A DNA stretch of 64,000 nucleotides from Antedon mediterranea (GCF_964355755.1 NC_092673.1:7440001-7504000), one strand, 5' to 3'; shown: positions 13,190 through 27,127, counted from the first letter of the stretch. Made by a program: numbers and translations. Notes: generated by a model not told the origin, from the letters alone.

Positions 13190-13530
13190 TCCTGCAGAGA
13201 ATGACTTTGCATCACTGGACAGATGCGATGCCTGTATACTGTATACACCTCAGATCAGTTACAGATCCCTGACCTGTCAACCTAGTCATATTGATGTCAG
13301 TGTGCCAACCTTGGTGAAATCTTTGAAGAAGTTGAAGTTGCGACACTTGTTTAGAGTTGGATTAGAACAAGCCTCTATCTGGTAAAGTATGTTACCAGCT
13401 TCATGTGACACACAAGTGTCACACTGGTCATTCTTAAGCCTGAAGATAGACAAGATCATTTTGACAAACTCCTCGTAAAGTAGTTTTTTAGACAGTGATG
13501 TTTGTCCGTCGGTCTGGTGTGGAGACATAG
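13190..13530 (-). mobile_element. Degenerate DNA-transposase fragment (Sola-like, tentative)
   Basis: LSIFRLKNDQCDTC and VTDLRCIQY motifs, which I associate with invertebrate Sola/DUF7869-type transposases; internally deleted. Confidence 0.45.
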
Positions 13531-13545
13531 TATGAGTAATATAAA

Positions 13546-14125
13546 TTGAGTCTAAATGTCTCTAAATCCGAGTTCATGTTGATCGGATCGACAAACCGAT
13601 TGGCAACCACCAAAGAAAAAAATAGATCAGTTAATATAGATAACGATGTTGTACCACGCGTTCTATATTGCAAACATCTCGGTATCATAATAGACGAACA
13701 TTTATCATGGAAAAATCAGATTGAATACATTCGAGGTAAAGCTCTAAATGGATTGGGTATGCTTAGACGATGTAGCTATTATTTTCCACAAAACATATTA
13801 AAACATATTGCAAACTCTATTGTAATACCTTACTTGAGCTATTGTAACATAATTTGGGGAAATAGTAGTCAAACGCTAATGAAAAGAGTTCAAACTATCC
13901 AAAACAGAACAGCTCGAATCGTGTGTGGTCTAACATGGGACACACCTAGTAGTGAGGCACTAAGGCAAATTAATTGGTCACCTTTATTTTATCAAGATAG
14001 ATATGAATGTTGTATGGTTATATATAAGGTTTTGACAGATAATGCCCCACCTTACCTAAATAATGTATTTACATTCAATGATATAAATTATAATCTAAGG
14101 AACAGTGATACACATCTATTCATCC
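13546..14125 (+). mobile_element. LINE (CR1/L2 group) ORF2 C-terminal RT-thumb fragment
   Basis: LNVSKSEFMLIG, KHLGIIIDEHLSW, YCNIIWG, QNRTARI, APPYL, YNLRN motifs. Confidence 0.85.
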
Positions 14126-16930
14126 CATGCCACTTCTTACGAATGACCAACGTAGGGAAATAATTTGTCATCCACTTCCTCCAAAAGTTATCAGTTAAAC
14201 ATTTCGCATGCCCCTTGTGATCACACCACCGATGAAGCACGACCTAGCAACAAATCGTTAGTACATATATAACTCCTGTCTTCAGGGTTGGTAGGATGTC
14301 TACCTATCGTTCTGGTGTTCATTATGTTTTCAACTTCGAATAACATAGTCTGTAGTTCTTCAAACGTCAATATCTGTTTGCTCACCACATGGTATTTTAA
14401 CGTTTCTCTATCTCGTTGTTAGCGGGTTTGGCGTCGGTGTTGTTCTGACGACGATAAGTAAGCAATATGATGTACAGAACCACAAACTACAATCTGCTAC
14501 GATTACTCAGGGGTGTTTTATTTTCTCCACTTTTGATGATACAGTACACATTAGGAATAATATTAGTTGTTGCCTACCTAATAAATATGTGTTAACTTTA
14601 GGTTAAAAATAATTTCTATCGTAGTACGAATGGGGTCAGATAATTTCAAGTACTATGATTCTTCCTGTTTAGGATTGAAGCTCCACTGCCTCACATGTGG
14701 GTTTCTTCCTCCTTATCTTACAATTTCACCCCCAATCGGCAGCCTCCTATGCAAAACAATAAGGGGGTATCAAAAATCGTTACAGTATAATGCTTTTTTC
14801 ACGCCTTTTATCAAGCTTTCTGTGACACCACTTTGCCACGGCGAATCTAGTGTGGAAAACTTCCATGTTTAAATTCCGAAGTTCTGTAAACTCTCTTTTG
14901 CGGTAACTAATTGTGTACCGCAGTCACTAAATATTTCATTTTGGTATTCTCTAATAGAAGCAAATCTTTGAAAGGCTTTCAGGAAGAAATCGGTGCTGTA
15001 ATCCACTGATAGTTCCAAATGTAATGCTCTAGTTACTAAACACGTACATATAATACCATAAGCCTTCCCTCTAGTACGTTGCTGGACTTCCCCTCTCGTC
15101 ACGAACGGTCCAAATAAATCAGTACCTATAAACGACCACGGGGGTGATGGCTTTAAACGTTGGATCAGCAAAGGTGCCATCTGTTGATTGACTGTCCGAC
15201 CCTCATATCTCTTGCATCTGACACAATTATGTCTTATATGGCTCACCAGCTTCCTGAGTCGCACCACCCAATACTTGGAATTCTTGGTTCACCAGAACTT
15301 GAAGTTGATTGATATTACACAAATCTTCATTTTCACAACAATCATATGACTACCGCAGATACAAGTTCCAAACCGATTTTGTTCCACTTTCATCAAGGTT
15401 GCTGCTGCGAAACGGCTTATGCCAACTATTCATTCCCTCCAAAAAAAAACTCCGGCCCCCTAACCATTTTTTACTTGTTCGTTGTCCTTCATGTTAAGGC
15501 CTCGAGATGTCTGCCGAGTTTAGCTTGCCTCCAACGTGCCTCCACTGCTTTGGACTTGAGCCTTTATAAATAATGCTGATCATGTTTGCAAACAATTTGC
15601 TGAACCATGTTATTATTTATGTAGTTCAGGACCAGGACATTATTAGTCCAATAGAAGATTTCAGTGAATTCTCTTGTTATTAGATCAACGCTTTTTACAG
15701 CTAGCATAGCGGTAGTCAACTCTAGTCGAGGAATGGTCTGTTTCTTCAAAGGTGTTACACGTGATCTGCTATAAAGTATGTCACATTATCCACTCCTGTC
15801 CTAACATATGCAACCACTCCATATCCACTTTCACTTGCATCTGCAAAGATGTGCAATTGATACTCGTCACCATAGCCGATGCCTAGTCATCTTGGTATTT
15901 TGATAGCTCCATGATAGGTTGTCCAATCACTGCTTCAATCGCTTCAGCAAGTCGTCTGGTATTGAGTCATCCCATCCTTTCACTCTTTTATGGATTGTTG
16001 TAGTACAAGCCTCGCCGGAAGAATAACCGGGGCCACCAGGCCCATCGGATCGAATACTGAGCTTGAAGTTCCTTTAATCTACGTTACTTTGGAATAGATT
16101 CGATGACTTGTTTGTCACTGCTTGACCATTTTGTCAAATTAATCCGCCCTTATGACACAGGTCGGTTACATCTTTTATCAAGGGAATAGCTTCATTAGTG
16201 CTTCTGACACTATGTCGTTGACATAGACGTTATTCTTTATCGTCTTGACAACTTAGGAATTTCTGCTATTTTTGCCATCTTCTGCAGTTTGATTCAGCGC
16301 TGAATTGGCACATGCAGGGGAGGATGCCGCTCCAAATAGGACGTATTTCATATGCTTATTATTGGGTCGTACAACATCTCTGTGGCGAAATGGTAAACCA
16401 ATGGTATAGTGAATATCATCGTCTTCTTTACATATAGTTTATGACACTCGTTTTAGGAATAACTTATCATCTACCGAGTGGTGGAGTTTACTATCTAGCC
16501 CCTTCTCAGGAAAGTCTATCTCCGTTGATTTATGAACGCTTCTCAGTAGTTTGCTCTCCTCGGTCCTAGTCGCATGCGGCGTAACCACAGGTCCGGTCTT
16601 AATCTTAAGTTGGGTGTAGGCACCACCGACCATTATACCAATTAGCAATTCAACATCTGCAATTAATTCGCCAACCTTTACACCTTTGAGGTGTGCCCAC
16701 TGGTTCTCGTAATTTTGGAATGAAACAGGTACTATGAATTCCCTGCCCCCTTCTAGGCTACTAATTTTGAATTCCTTAGTTACTTCAGTTTTCAATTCCT
16801 CCCTTGACGTGATGGTTCCCAAAGGAATCTTATTAGGCTTTCCTCTAATGCCTAACCTTTTGATTAATGTTTGAGAGCAAAACGATTGCTTGTTGTTCTA
16901 TGGATATTGTATCAACGGATTCCAGTACTG
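14125..16930 (-). mobile_element. BEL/Pao LTR retrotransposon remnant (protease region, RT, RNase H, integrase), frameshifted and interrupted at ~14400-14790
   Basis: TIPRLEL (Pao RNase H region), DLFGPF, CTCLVTRALHLEL, FSDCGTQL, PWQSGVTESLIKGVK, LTFEELQT, FWRKW motifs. Confidence 0.9.
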
Positions 16931-16989
16931 CAGTTTCAGGGAATAAGATCCACATCTTTCCAAATAGCTGGTTTTCCGGAGTTCGTTGA

Positions 16990-17066
16990 CGATGCATCAT
17001 GATCTGTTCCAAACATGAGATTAAATGGTGCGTATCCGATTGTTTCATGAACAGTGGAGTTGTATA
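16990..17066 (-). mobile_element. Short Gypsy integrase fragment
   Basis: Minus-strand translation YNSTVHETIGYAPFNLMFG matches the Ty3/Gypsy integrase YN..H..TG..PF.LMFG motif. Confidence 0.65.
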
Positions 17067-17511
17067 CGAGTTAAAGTTAAATTAAATTGGTTGTTAAAGT
17101 AAGTTGATCATTCATAAATTTAGCATATGTGAACACAGGAAAAGTAACAGTCAGAGAGATGGTGTAAACTTCAATGACAAATTATTTATTCGCATGGGAA
17201 CTAGAAATACTAAGACTTTAACCGAACTGGAAAACAGTCTTGAAAAACCCCCAACTTGACCGGACAATAATGCCAGCATACGTCAAGCTGAACTCTCGGA
17301 CAATCCCCAACTTTATTTATTGTCGTCCCTGGCAACACCAGTGTATCATGGTATAAAAACTTTAATTGAGCTGTCCTGCAAGCATCTGTGCTAAAGTACA
17401 GAAAATGTAGTTTTAAAATTAGAAACCAAATATCTCATACAATATATAAAAGTCTCTTTACATATTTTCTTACAAGATTCTCAACTTAAACTTGAATTTT
17501 TATCATATATG

Positions 17512-18300
17512 AAGGGGGTCTGCCCAATTTGGTTAACCCCTTCCAATTTTGGACTTATCTGCTTTTCATGAAAAGTAGATCAAATTCATGTGATTGTTCT
17601 TGTACATACAACACATTGAAGGTACCTGTAGGGGTGGGGGAATATAATATATCTAAGTATCAATTTCTTGTGCTTTTGTCGGTGTGTTAATATTAAAGCA
17701 AAACTGAACAACGGACGGAACACTACAACAATAACGTATCATATCATGTCATTGTTTACAAACCATTCAGGGCCGGCAGGACAGTTTACGTGATAAGGAT
17801 ATGGGGGTGTGATTGCCCACCTAATCTTCATTAAAAAGTTCTGAAGCAGAACTTGAACTGGCCTGAATCCCAGCAGCGGGAAGGTTGTCAAAAAAAGCAT
17901 GATTACTTGGCTTACATAGCTTCTTCAACACTTGCAGATCATCATACTTGGCCTTTTTTAAGGGAAGTAACTCGGTGTATGAACGGGCCAAAACTGGTTC
18001 TGCTCGTCGTCCCCTTGCCTTAGATATAGGTTTGCGAAACACTGCCGATTCTAATGGACCGTTCCAATAATGACTTGTGGATTGGTGCTTTCAAATTTAA
18101 GCTCCCTTATTGGCAGTGTTGGGGCATGCTCCCCTAAAGTTTTCATTAAGAAAAGTTGTGAATACAAAGAATGAATCTTGGCCCATTGCTATTACATTGA
18201 ATAGCGATGTTTTTTTCCTCGCAGAATGAAACACATCTCTCCATTCCTGTGGTAGTTCTACATCAGCATTAGAGTTAAAAATGATCGCACTTCCGTGTCA
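17512..18300 (-). mobile_element. 3' part of a Sola-like DNA transposon (transposase C-terminus plus terminal region)
   Basis: PQEWRDVFHSAR, WNGPLESAVF, LPLKKAKYDDLQVLK...HAFFDNLP; possible terminus atat|gaaggggtctg at 17508-17522. Superfamily label tentative. Confidence 0.45.
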
Positions 18301-18354
18301 GAGGTTGGACTTTTTCCAATTTTTGACGGCTTCTACTCGAGCAACACCTTCGCC

Positions 18355-18675
18355 ACTGAAAATAAAACATTTCTCTGGTTTTACCTTTAAATTCTGTGCT
18401 CAAAGGCGTTGTAGAACCATGTCTTTCTAACGTTTCTTCCTAAGTCGACCCAAACACGAGGATATCATCTAGGTAAATCAGTACAGATTGAAAATTCTGA
18501 TCACCAAACACCAAATCCATAAGGCGCATGAAGGTAGCAGGTGCGTTGGATCAACCAAAAGGCATATGTGTGAATTCATATAACCAACCAGTTCCAGTTC
18601 TAAAATCTGTCTTCTCTATATCACTGTCCTCGACCGGTACCTGGTGAAGTCCATGAGCAAGGTCGAGACTGCATC
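18355..18675 (-). mobile_element. Gypsy reverse-transcriptase core fragment (element A)
   Basis: SLDLAHGLHQVPV, YEFTHMPFG*SNAPATFMRLMD, YLDDILVF, LKVKPEKC on the minus strand. Confidence 0.85.
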
Positions 18676-18699
18676 TAAAGCTTCCTCAATTCTTGGCAA

Positions 18700-20450
18700 T
18701 GGGTATGCGGTGGAGGCATCTGTGATGATAAAATAAACGGACGGTTACAGTCAGGGTGACCTAAAGTTATATCCTGAGAAAGGGCTTGTTTTAATTTTTC
18801 AAAGGCATCCTCACAAGCAGCGGTCCTGTCACACGGTTGAAGTTTGCGAATGTTATGTCTTTGTTTCTCTCTGCTTGCAAGGCATAGTGCCGGATGTAAG
18901 ATTAAATAAGGTTTTGCAATAACTGAGCAATCCTTGATGAAGTGCTGATAATACACTACCATTCCAAGAAAGGAATGAATCTTCTTACGACAAGAGCTCA
19001 TTCCATTTGATGCTATCAGGACAGCCTTACTAACGTTGAATATTGGTTGCACTTTATCTAATTCAGTATGAACCCCAGACTCGTCGACAACATGTCCTAT
19101 GAATTTGACGCTGCGACGTAGAAGGTGGCACTTATTAGGTGCTAATTTCAGACTACTATTTTGTTAATCGTTAGAATACCATCTGAAGCCTTTCCAGAGC
19201 CATTTCATCATTTGGTGCAAATACAAGAAGACCATCTAAATAATACTAAAATGCTTAAAAGATCCCATCATGATTCGCATGAAATCAGCAGATGAATTAC
19301 AAAGTTCTTGAGGTAGTCTGTTGTACTCATAGTCCCATTGGTGTGGTGAAGGCAGTGTACTTCCTGTCGTCCTCAAAAACTGGGACGTATAGATCCATTG
19401 TGGAGAACAATGAATTACATCCGAGTGCTGTAAGAGCAAGAATGGGTGTCTTTCGTTGTTTTTGCATTGAGCCACCGGAAATCTGTACATATACGCAGGT
19501 CACCGTTCTTCTTCCAGACCAATAAAAGTGGGATGCCCACTCACTCGACTTTCGAATGATATCTTTTTCCTCCATCTCATCGAGGACATTCCGAGGTTTT
19601 TGATAGTCTGTTGGACTTACCCTTCTATAAGGGAGACGAAATGGCCGGTCATCGGTCAACCTGATACGGTGTTCACTGCCTTTCACCTTCCCGCAGTCGA
19701 GCTTGTCCTTCGAAAAAAGGTCAGCCAATCGGTGTTTGTATGAGTTGGTTACTTCACTTGAGTTTGGAGTCCCTGTTTGATAGCGACAGTGGCCCATACT
19801 AAATGTTCAGATCGTGGTTGCAATATAATTTTGTTCGGGATTGGTCCGGAGTTCCAGTTGCCAACATTTGATTCCAAGTCTATATACTCATCTCGGTGAC
19901 CAGACGCGGTTTCTACTAGAGTGAGCTTGAGTGAGTTGATGAAAGTTGTTATTACTGCCTTCCATCAGTTGAATAAGTTTCCAAAGACGTTAGAACCAAT
20001 CATAACATCATCCACCTGTCCGGGAACAACTAAAACGGGAGCATTAAAGTTAAAATTATTAATGATTAATTTCAGTTTTCATATATTTACATATTTATTT
20101 GTGTTTTGGATCCTCCACATCCAATGATGGTATCATCTACTGCCTCGCAATCTTCTAACTTGATTCGTTTCTTTTGTTTTAGTCAGCTCACTGCAAGGTC
20201 ACTAATAGTACACCCAGTCGAACCAGTGTCCAGCATACCACTAACTATGTGGGAATCAAACACGATTTGTGCCTGAGTTGCGTGGCACATTCTGAGTCAA
20301 TTGGATCGTTGGAGCATTCGCTGATTTGTCCACACCTTGCTTCCAGGGGCGCAGACTTATTATTTTTCCGATTTCTTTGTTTTACTTGGGCAGTTGTGTC
20401 CAATGTGCCCTTCTTGGAAGCAGCGAAAACAGTTTGTTTTGCATACAGTG
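18700..20450 (-). mobile_element. Gypsy pol remnant (protease-RT-start of RNase H; element B)
   Basis: LDTGS protease motif near 20220-20240; HRIRLTDDRPFRLPYRRV, KYTAFTTPMGL, SFLGMVVYY, CEDAFEKLKQAL, HPDCNRPFIL; many frameshifts. Confidence 0.88.
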
Positions 20451-21095
20451 CGACCGGGTGTTACGTTGACCATCATCACACACTTTACATACAATTTGGT
20501 TTAAGCCAACACTGTCACCAATCGGTCGAGAATTACGTCTCGTTTAGTTACGTCTCGTTTAGTGGCGTCTAAAGCTGTATTTTGATGCACCTCGCTCGCT
20601 GTGTGGTTGTTAAGTGATATGCAGATTTCCGACCATTTGACCCCGACTAACACACATAAATAAGCACAAGGCTAAAACACTAACTGTGTATGTAAAATAT
20701 TTTTATTCAATGACAAGTTTATACCAGGCACTCTCATTTCGTGCCTCTGTAGTAATACCGTATAGTTTAGTTGTCACGGTAGGAAAGCATAAACTCTGAT
20801 CGAGTATAGCATTATAACTACTACAGTATACAATTCACCTCTGAGCATCTTATCTAGCGCCGTAATCATGGATAAAAAAACATGGTAGAACATAAACATT
20901 GAGAAGCATAAACATATTAAAAGATACTATACATATAAAAGAAATGAACTGCACTCTTATGCAACTTTTGTTCTAACTAAGATAACATTTCTCTTCCCTT
21001 AATTTACCTTAACTACGATTGTTCCCTTTACCCTATCGGCGCGTTTATACTAGGTCTGGGTGTCTCAGGTCTCGGTGTCACACGCCCCGAACACA

Positions 21096-23530
21096 CTAGG
21101 CGGACGTTGGAGATGGTTGGTGGGACAAAATAATCTGTTCTGTTGTCTTACAATCCGGATTCAAAGTTTCCTCAATTGTCTGATCACATGCAATTGAGGC
21201 AAAGTGAAATCTGTTTTGACGCTCTACTGTCCAATTTCCTTGTTGACTTATGTGTTCATAGATGTTGGGATGAGTTGTCTTCAATTGTACCATCCCTGCC
21301 CCAAAAAATGAAGTTGCCAATCTGATGTTCTAGTAGCTCGTAGAAACATAAGCAACAACGAAATCATGTCGATAAACGAGCTCCAGAAATCAAATGTATC
21401 ATTCGCTTCTCTTTTTCTTTTAACAAATTCTTCATACATCCTACAAATAGTATCGACATTTTTTCGTGGCCACTATTTATCATCATCATTATGTTTGTAT
21501 GTTGCTCGTCGTCAAGTGATTCGAGGAATGAATTCAATCTTAAACCTTGATATGCTTCATACATTATTTTGCAAGCATGCATTGCTCGATGGTGACCTGT
21601 AATGACACCATTTATTGAACAACCTGCAATAATTCCAGATTCCACAAGAACATCTTTAAGGCCAGCATCTGCAAACCTTTTTTCCAATGACTGAAATATA
21701 TGACATACATGTGTAAAATTCACCCAGACGAACTACTAACTTTTTCTTTAAGTTTTTATCTGCCCATCTGATCTCCTGAACCTTCGCATATACTGCTTGA
21801 TCAAACACACATACAATTTGAGTCAACATGAACTTGTTGACCATTTCAAGGCTCCTATGTATCACTGTTTTTATTGTGGTCAAATCAGTAGCTGAAGCTT
21901 CTATGAAAGTCAGGTAATGCATTGCTGTTTCCCTTGATGCTGTATATGTGACTCTGGATATTGTAACCGGTCCATCCGGGAACATCAGTGTCACCATAAA
22001 ATATATCCATCAAAAAGACAAAGTCAGCCATTTTTGATGAAGTAAGGTCATCGTTCCACCTACCGATAGTTATCGACATCCGGCGTTCATCCAAATTGCA
22101 TAATGGTCCTGCACGTTTCACACGATGGTATTCACTCAGTTCTATGCCAACATGTTGGAACCTGCATACCCCTTTCTTGGCGGTTTGTCGTGTTTTCATT
22201 TTAGATGGCTCTCCCTTCATTGACTGCAACAAAATACCATTAGTGTGATGGGTAGTACCATGGCCACTTACAGTTTCCTCGATGTTAATGTCAATGTTAT
22301 CCCACACCAATGTAACTGGTTGTCCACTTTTAAACCCATCAGGAATTAGGTGTTGTTTGGAAATCCGATACATTACTAAACTTGTTTAGTAAGACATTAT
22401 AATATCTGGCGAACTGCAGTGTCCAAACTTGCTCATAATACGAAGTAGATGTGTCATGAGTCTGTCATGTGTCTTGTAAGACCCAATGCTAATGATGTTG
22501 TTTGCCATCTTTCTTTACTTGCAAGGTACAACGTATCTTGACAAATGGCTTCAATTTTACATCTCCCATTATCGGGAACACATGCCATGGTTGCATCAAC
22601 GTGTTCGGTTACTAAACCAGTACAAACTGCTATTAAATTAAAAAGCTGGTACGGAATAATGTCGGCCATTATGATGTTGTTCACATCACCTGCTCTGGAG
22701 GTGGAGGCCAACATTCCATGTGCTTTGAAGATTGTATGGCATTCTTCAAAATTACACCTGAAAATATTTAACACAGTAGGCCAATCAAAAATGTATCTTG
22801 TGTGATGATCAATGTTAAAGTGTTAATTTAGTTTCATATTACCAGCAGCCACATGGATTGTATGTAATTCTTCTTGTCAATTGTCTCTACATTGATGTAT
22901 ATAGATGGAACATCATCAGATGAAAGGCTCTTGTCTGTGCTTATATCAGTTGGTTGGAGTTGTTCAGCAATAAGGCCAGCAGATGTTTCAGAAAAATATA
23001 CAAAAGCTGATTCGTTCCTAAAAAAAAGTTATATAATATATTTTATCAAAATAAACATCACATGCACAGAACGAATACTAAACCGCCCGGTGATATACTT
23101 AGAATTAAAGTAAAGATGAGAAAATTTGTATGAGTATAAAAAAGTATTAATAAATCGTAAGTATATCTTTGTAACGATTTGTGTACAGAAGAAACAAAAA
23201 TAAAGTGTACAACAAATGTAAAAGAAGCTTTAATGTCTATTTATATCATGTGAATTCCAGTAAATGCTGTTGTATGAAAAACAAGTTCAGGATAATCTTC
23301 CTCTATTTTTTTTTCACCATAAATGATCTGTTAAAAATAATGAATCAAATAATTTGAGAAATACAGTAAAAAAATTAAAAGTAAAAATAAATCCAAATTA
23401 ATGTTTTCTTCTTCAGAAATGTATTTGATAAGGCACTTTATAACCTTGTTCATTCTCATAATTTCTTGATTGGCTCTTAACCGTTCCTCAATTACTCTTT
23501 TGCAAAATACAGTGTAACCCTTTCTCAAAG
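21096..23530 (-). mobile_element. Academ-like DNA transposon transposase remnant
   Basis: VWDNID..EETVSGHGTTH, VFDQAVYAKVQEIRW, VVRLGEF, DAGLKDVLVESG, DQTIEETLN motifs across frameshifted ORFs. Confidence 0.7.
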
Positions 23531-24105
23531 AATGTCTGACCGTAGATATACAAGTTATGGCCCAAAGGTTTCAGAATATACATTTATATTTCGTATAATT
23601 TGTTTATTAACCTATACTTTTATGTATTATACACTATAGCAATTCCATAATGCGACGATTAAATGTGGAGGAAATACGATGTTTGCATAAAAATACATAG
23701 AATACCTATTTGTATTAACTGTATTGGATAAAAAAGTTTACTAAATAAAGAATTTAAAAATGTAAAAAACACCAGCAATTTGAGGTACAGCTATCTGTAT
23801 TGGGTCTTAGCACTGTGTATTGGCAGATGTTGTCATTTATCCATATTCTGAGATGACCCACTTGTATTGATACAGATCTTTAATTATATTTCTAATTGAT
23901 AGTTACTTCGTTACTAAATATTATACACAATTAGAGTTCTATGAACGCAAATTAAATTCATAGGTCATATTGCAGGTGTAGTAATTTTCAGTCAAAATGT
24001 CTCGTGATCTCTAAAGTTGAAGACATTGTTATCCATACCCCTAAGTGCTTGGTGTTTTGTAAATCTTTCTTCTTTAGGTTAATGATAGATGTAGGGTAGG
24101 CTGAT

Positions 24106-26993
24106 GTGCACTGCTTCTCTATTAATGTCATGGCTGCTTCATTAATTGATTTAATACTGTATGTTATCGATGTGGAAGCACTGTAAATGCATTATATACA
24201 TGTAAAGTATTTTTTTTGTGCCCTTTATACATGGAATCCAGGGATGTGATACTACATCCCACCTATCCGGTATAGAAAAGGTGTGCTTACAAACTATGTA
24301 AAACCAAACTTCTCTCCAAAAAAAGGAAATTTGAATTGGTATAGCTATATACTGTATGGAGGGAACTAATGAGAATTCTTTGTGCCCTTTACATGGAATC
24401 CAGGGATGTGATACTACATCCCACCTATCCGGTATAGAAAAGGTGTGCTTACAAACTGTGTAAAACCGAACTTCTCCAAAAAAGGAAATTTGAATTGGTA
24501 TAGCTATATACTGTATGGAGGGAACTAATGAGAATTTGGATAACCTAACGTTATTGATAGTTGGGGAGCCAGAAAGGGTTTACCTGCACCCTCTAACAAA
24601 CTATGCCAACAATGTTTTTTTGCTTCCTTATATCAATACAAATACATTTTTTGCTGTTGGGCGAAAAAAATTGGGATGCTTGGTCAGTACAGGGGCCAAA
24701 AGGTCAGTATGGTCAAAGGTAAGACTTTGCGTAACTTGGTAACTACTGGGTGTATTGGAATACCAAACTACTCAGAAGACCCATATTTCTATTCACTCTA
24801 ATAGGAAACTTTTGCCAAAAGTGGCCACTGGTCAATACATTGGCCATATGAATATCTAAGCAACCACTGGTCAGAAAGTGATAATTGTGGTCTCAAATTA
24901 CTCGCATTATACAAGTATATTTGTTCTAATGTAATAAAAATCATAAAACTTTCAATAAACCCCTAATTTTTACAAATAGCCGGCACAAATATTTTTGGCT
25001 TGGAGCACACTTTTCATATCACAGAAATTGTTGGGCGGATATGGTCATAGTTGGTGTCAAAATACTCTACTTTATTTTTGACCATTGGTCAAGGAAATAG
25101 CCATATCAATATCTCAGCAACCACTACTCAGAAAGTTATAATTTTATCTCAAATTAATCGAAAAACATATATTTATATTTGCTCTAATACAACAGAAATA
25201 CACAAAATGTTAAATAACACCTTATTTTGACATTTAACCTATAACTTGTACAACCAATATTTGCGTAGAGCACACTTATATTTTAATAACTAACGAATGT
25301 TGTCTTTGCTTAATATCAAAATAAACTCATATTGATATCACTCTAATGAACAAGTGCCAAAAGACATCATGACCACTGATCAAGAAAAGGACCATAGAAA
25401 TATTTAGCAACCAGGTCACAAAGTGATAGTTTTGGTCCCAAAAAACTAGGAATGAATAATGTAGTATGATGGTTTACTATATGCAATGTTCAGTTATTTT
25501 TTTGCTTCTTAAATTATTAGTTAATCCAACAAAAAAGGAGGTTGAGTAAATAACAATAATGTCCTTTAGGATTATTATAACATAGTCATACTACTGTAGT
25601 GACGGTTTTCTTTGATTTTCATAATTTTAAACACAAGCAAGAAAGAAACTTGGTATAGTTTTAAGTGAAATATTATTTGGTATTATAGCATAATGATTTG
25701 AGCAGTATATGTGTGTGGAGACGGCGTGACTTTCCCTATCCCTAACAACATCAGTGTTAAAGAATTGAGAAGTTTGATACGATTGTACCAACCAAAAGAT
25801 CAATGTTTCCATTTTCTTACCTCAGCCCCAACCATGATGGGACTGAGGTGGTGCAGAAGACCCATTCACTTATCCGTCCCTATTCATTCCTAGTATTTTG
25901 GGACTAAAATTATCAATTTGTGACCTGGTTGCTAAATATTTCTATGGTCGTTTTCTTGATCAGTGGTCATTATATGTCTTTTGGCACTTGTTCATTAGAG
26001 TGATATCAATATGAGTGTATTTTGATAAAGTAAAGACAACATTCGCTATAGTTATTAAAATGTAAGCTTCACGCAAAAATGTTTGTACCAGCTATAGGTT
26101 AAATGTCAAAATAAGGTGTTTTTTAACATTTTGTGTATTTTTGTTGTTAAGAGCAACTATAAATATATGTTTTTCGAGTAATTCGAGACTAAAATTATAA
26201 CTTTCTGACTATTGGTTGCTGAGATATTGATATGGTTATTTTCTTGACCAATGGTCAAAAATAAAGTTTTCTTGGTCATTTTTGGCAAAAGTTGTCCATT
26301 AATAAAGTGAATAGAAATATGTACCTTCTGAGTATTTTGACACCAACTATGACCATATCCGCCCAACAATTTCTGAGATATGAAAGTGTGCTCCAAGCCA
26401 AAAATATGTGTGCCGGCTATATGTCAAAGGTCAAAATTAGGGGGTTTATTGACAGTTTATGATTTTTATTACATTAGAACAAATATAAACATATACTTTG
26501 CGAGTAATTTGAGACCACAATTATCACTTTCTGACCAGTGGTTGCTTATATATTCATATGGCCAATTTATTGACCAGTGGCCACTTTTGGCAAAAGTTTC
26601 CCATTAGAGTGAATAGAAATATGGGTCTTCTGAGTAGTTTTGTACAAAAAATATTTCAATACACCCAGTAGTTACCAAGTTTCGCAAAGTCTTAACTTTG
26701 ACCATATTGACCTTTTGGCCCCTGTACTGACCAAGCATCCCAATTTTTTTCGGCCAACAGCAAACAATTGATTTGATGAAATTCTCATTAGTTCCCTCCA
26801 TACAGTATATACCAATGCAAATTTCCTTTTTTTTTTTTAGAAGTTTGGTTTTACACAGTTTGTAAGCAAGCACACCTTTTTCTGTACCGGATAGGTACAG
26901 AAAATACTTTACATGTATATAATACATTTACAGTGCTTCCCCATCGATAACATACAGTAGTATTAAGCAGCCGTGACATAGGGAAGCAGTGCA
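24106..26993. mobile_element. Large fold-back element: ~1.1-1.35 kb inverted arms around a ~420-bp spacer
   Basis: 24106-25458 is the reverse complement of 25881-26993 (e.g. 24661-24730 vs 26690-26755; 25381-25458 vs 25881-25960). Termini tgcactgcttc / gaagcagtgca. Confidence 0.85.
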
Positions 26994-27127
26994 TGTTACA
27001 ACCGCTAATGTAGAAAACGCCAGTTAATGTCGAAACAACCGTTAATGTAAAAAAATCCACCACTTATGTAGTAAAACCTCCAGCTTATGTAGAAACACCA
27101 ACAGCTTATGTAGTAAATACTGTAAAT

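Noticed and set aside
20450-21085. Candidate Gypsy LTR and PBS (also a solo-LTR-like stretch at ~17128-17348)
   Set aside because: TG start and polyA-like signals are suggestive, but no second LTR copy or TSD is present in the window to confirm.
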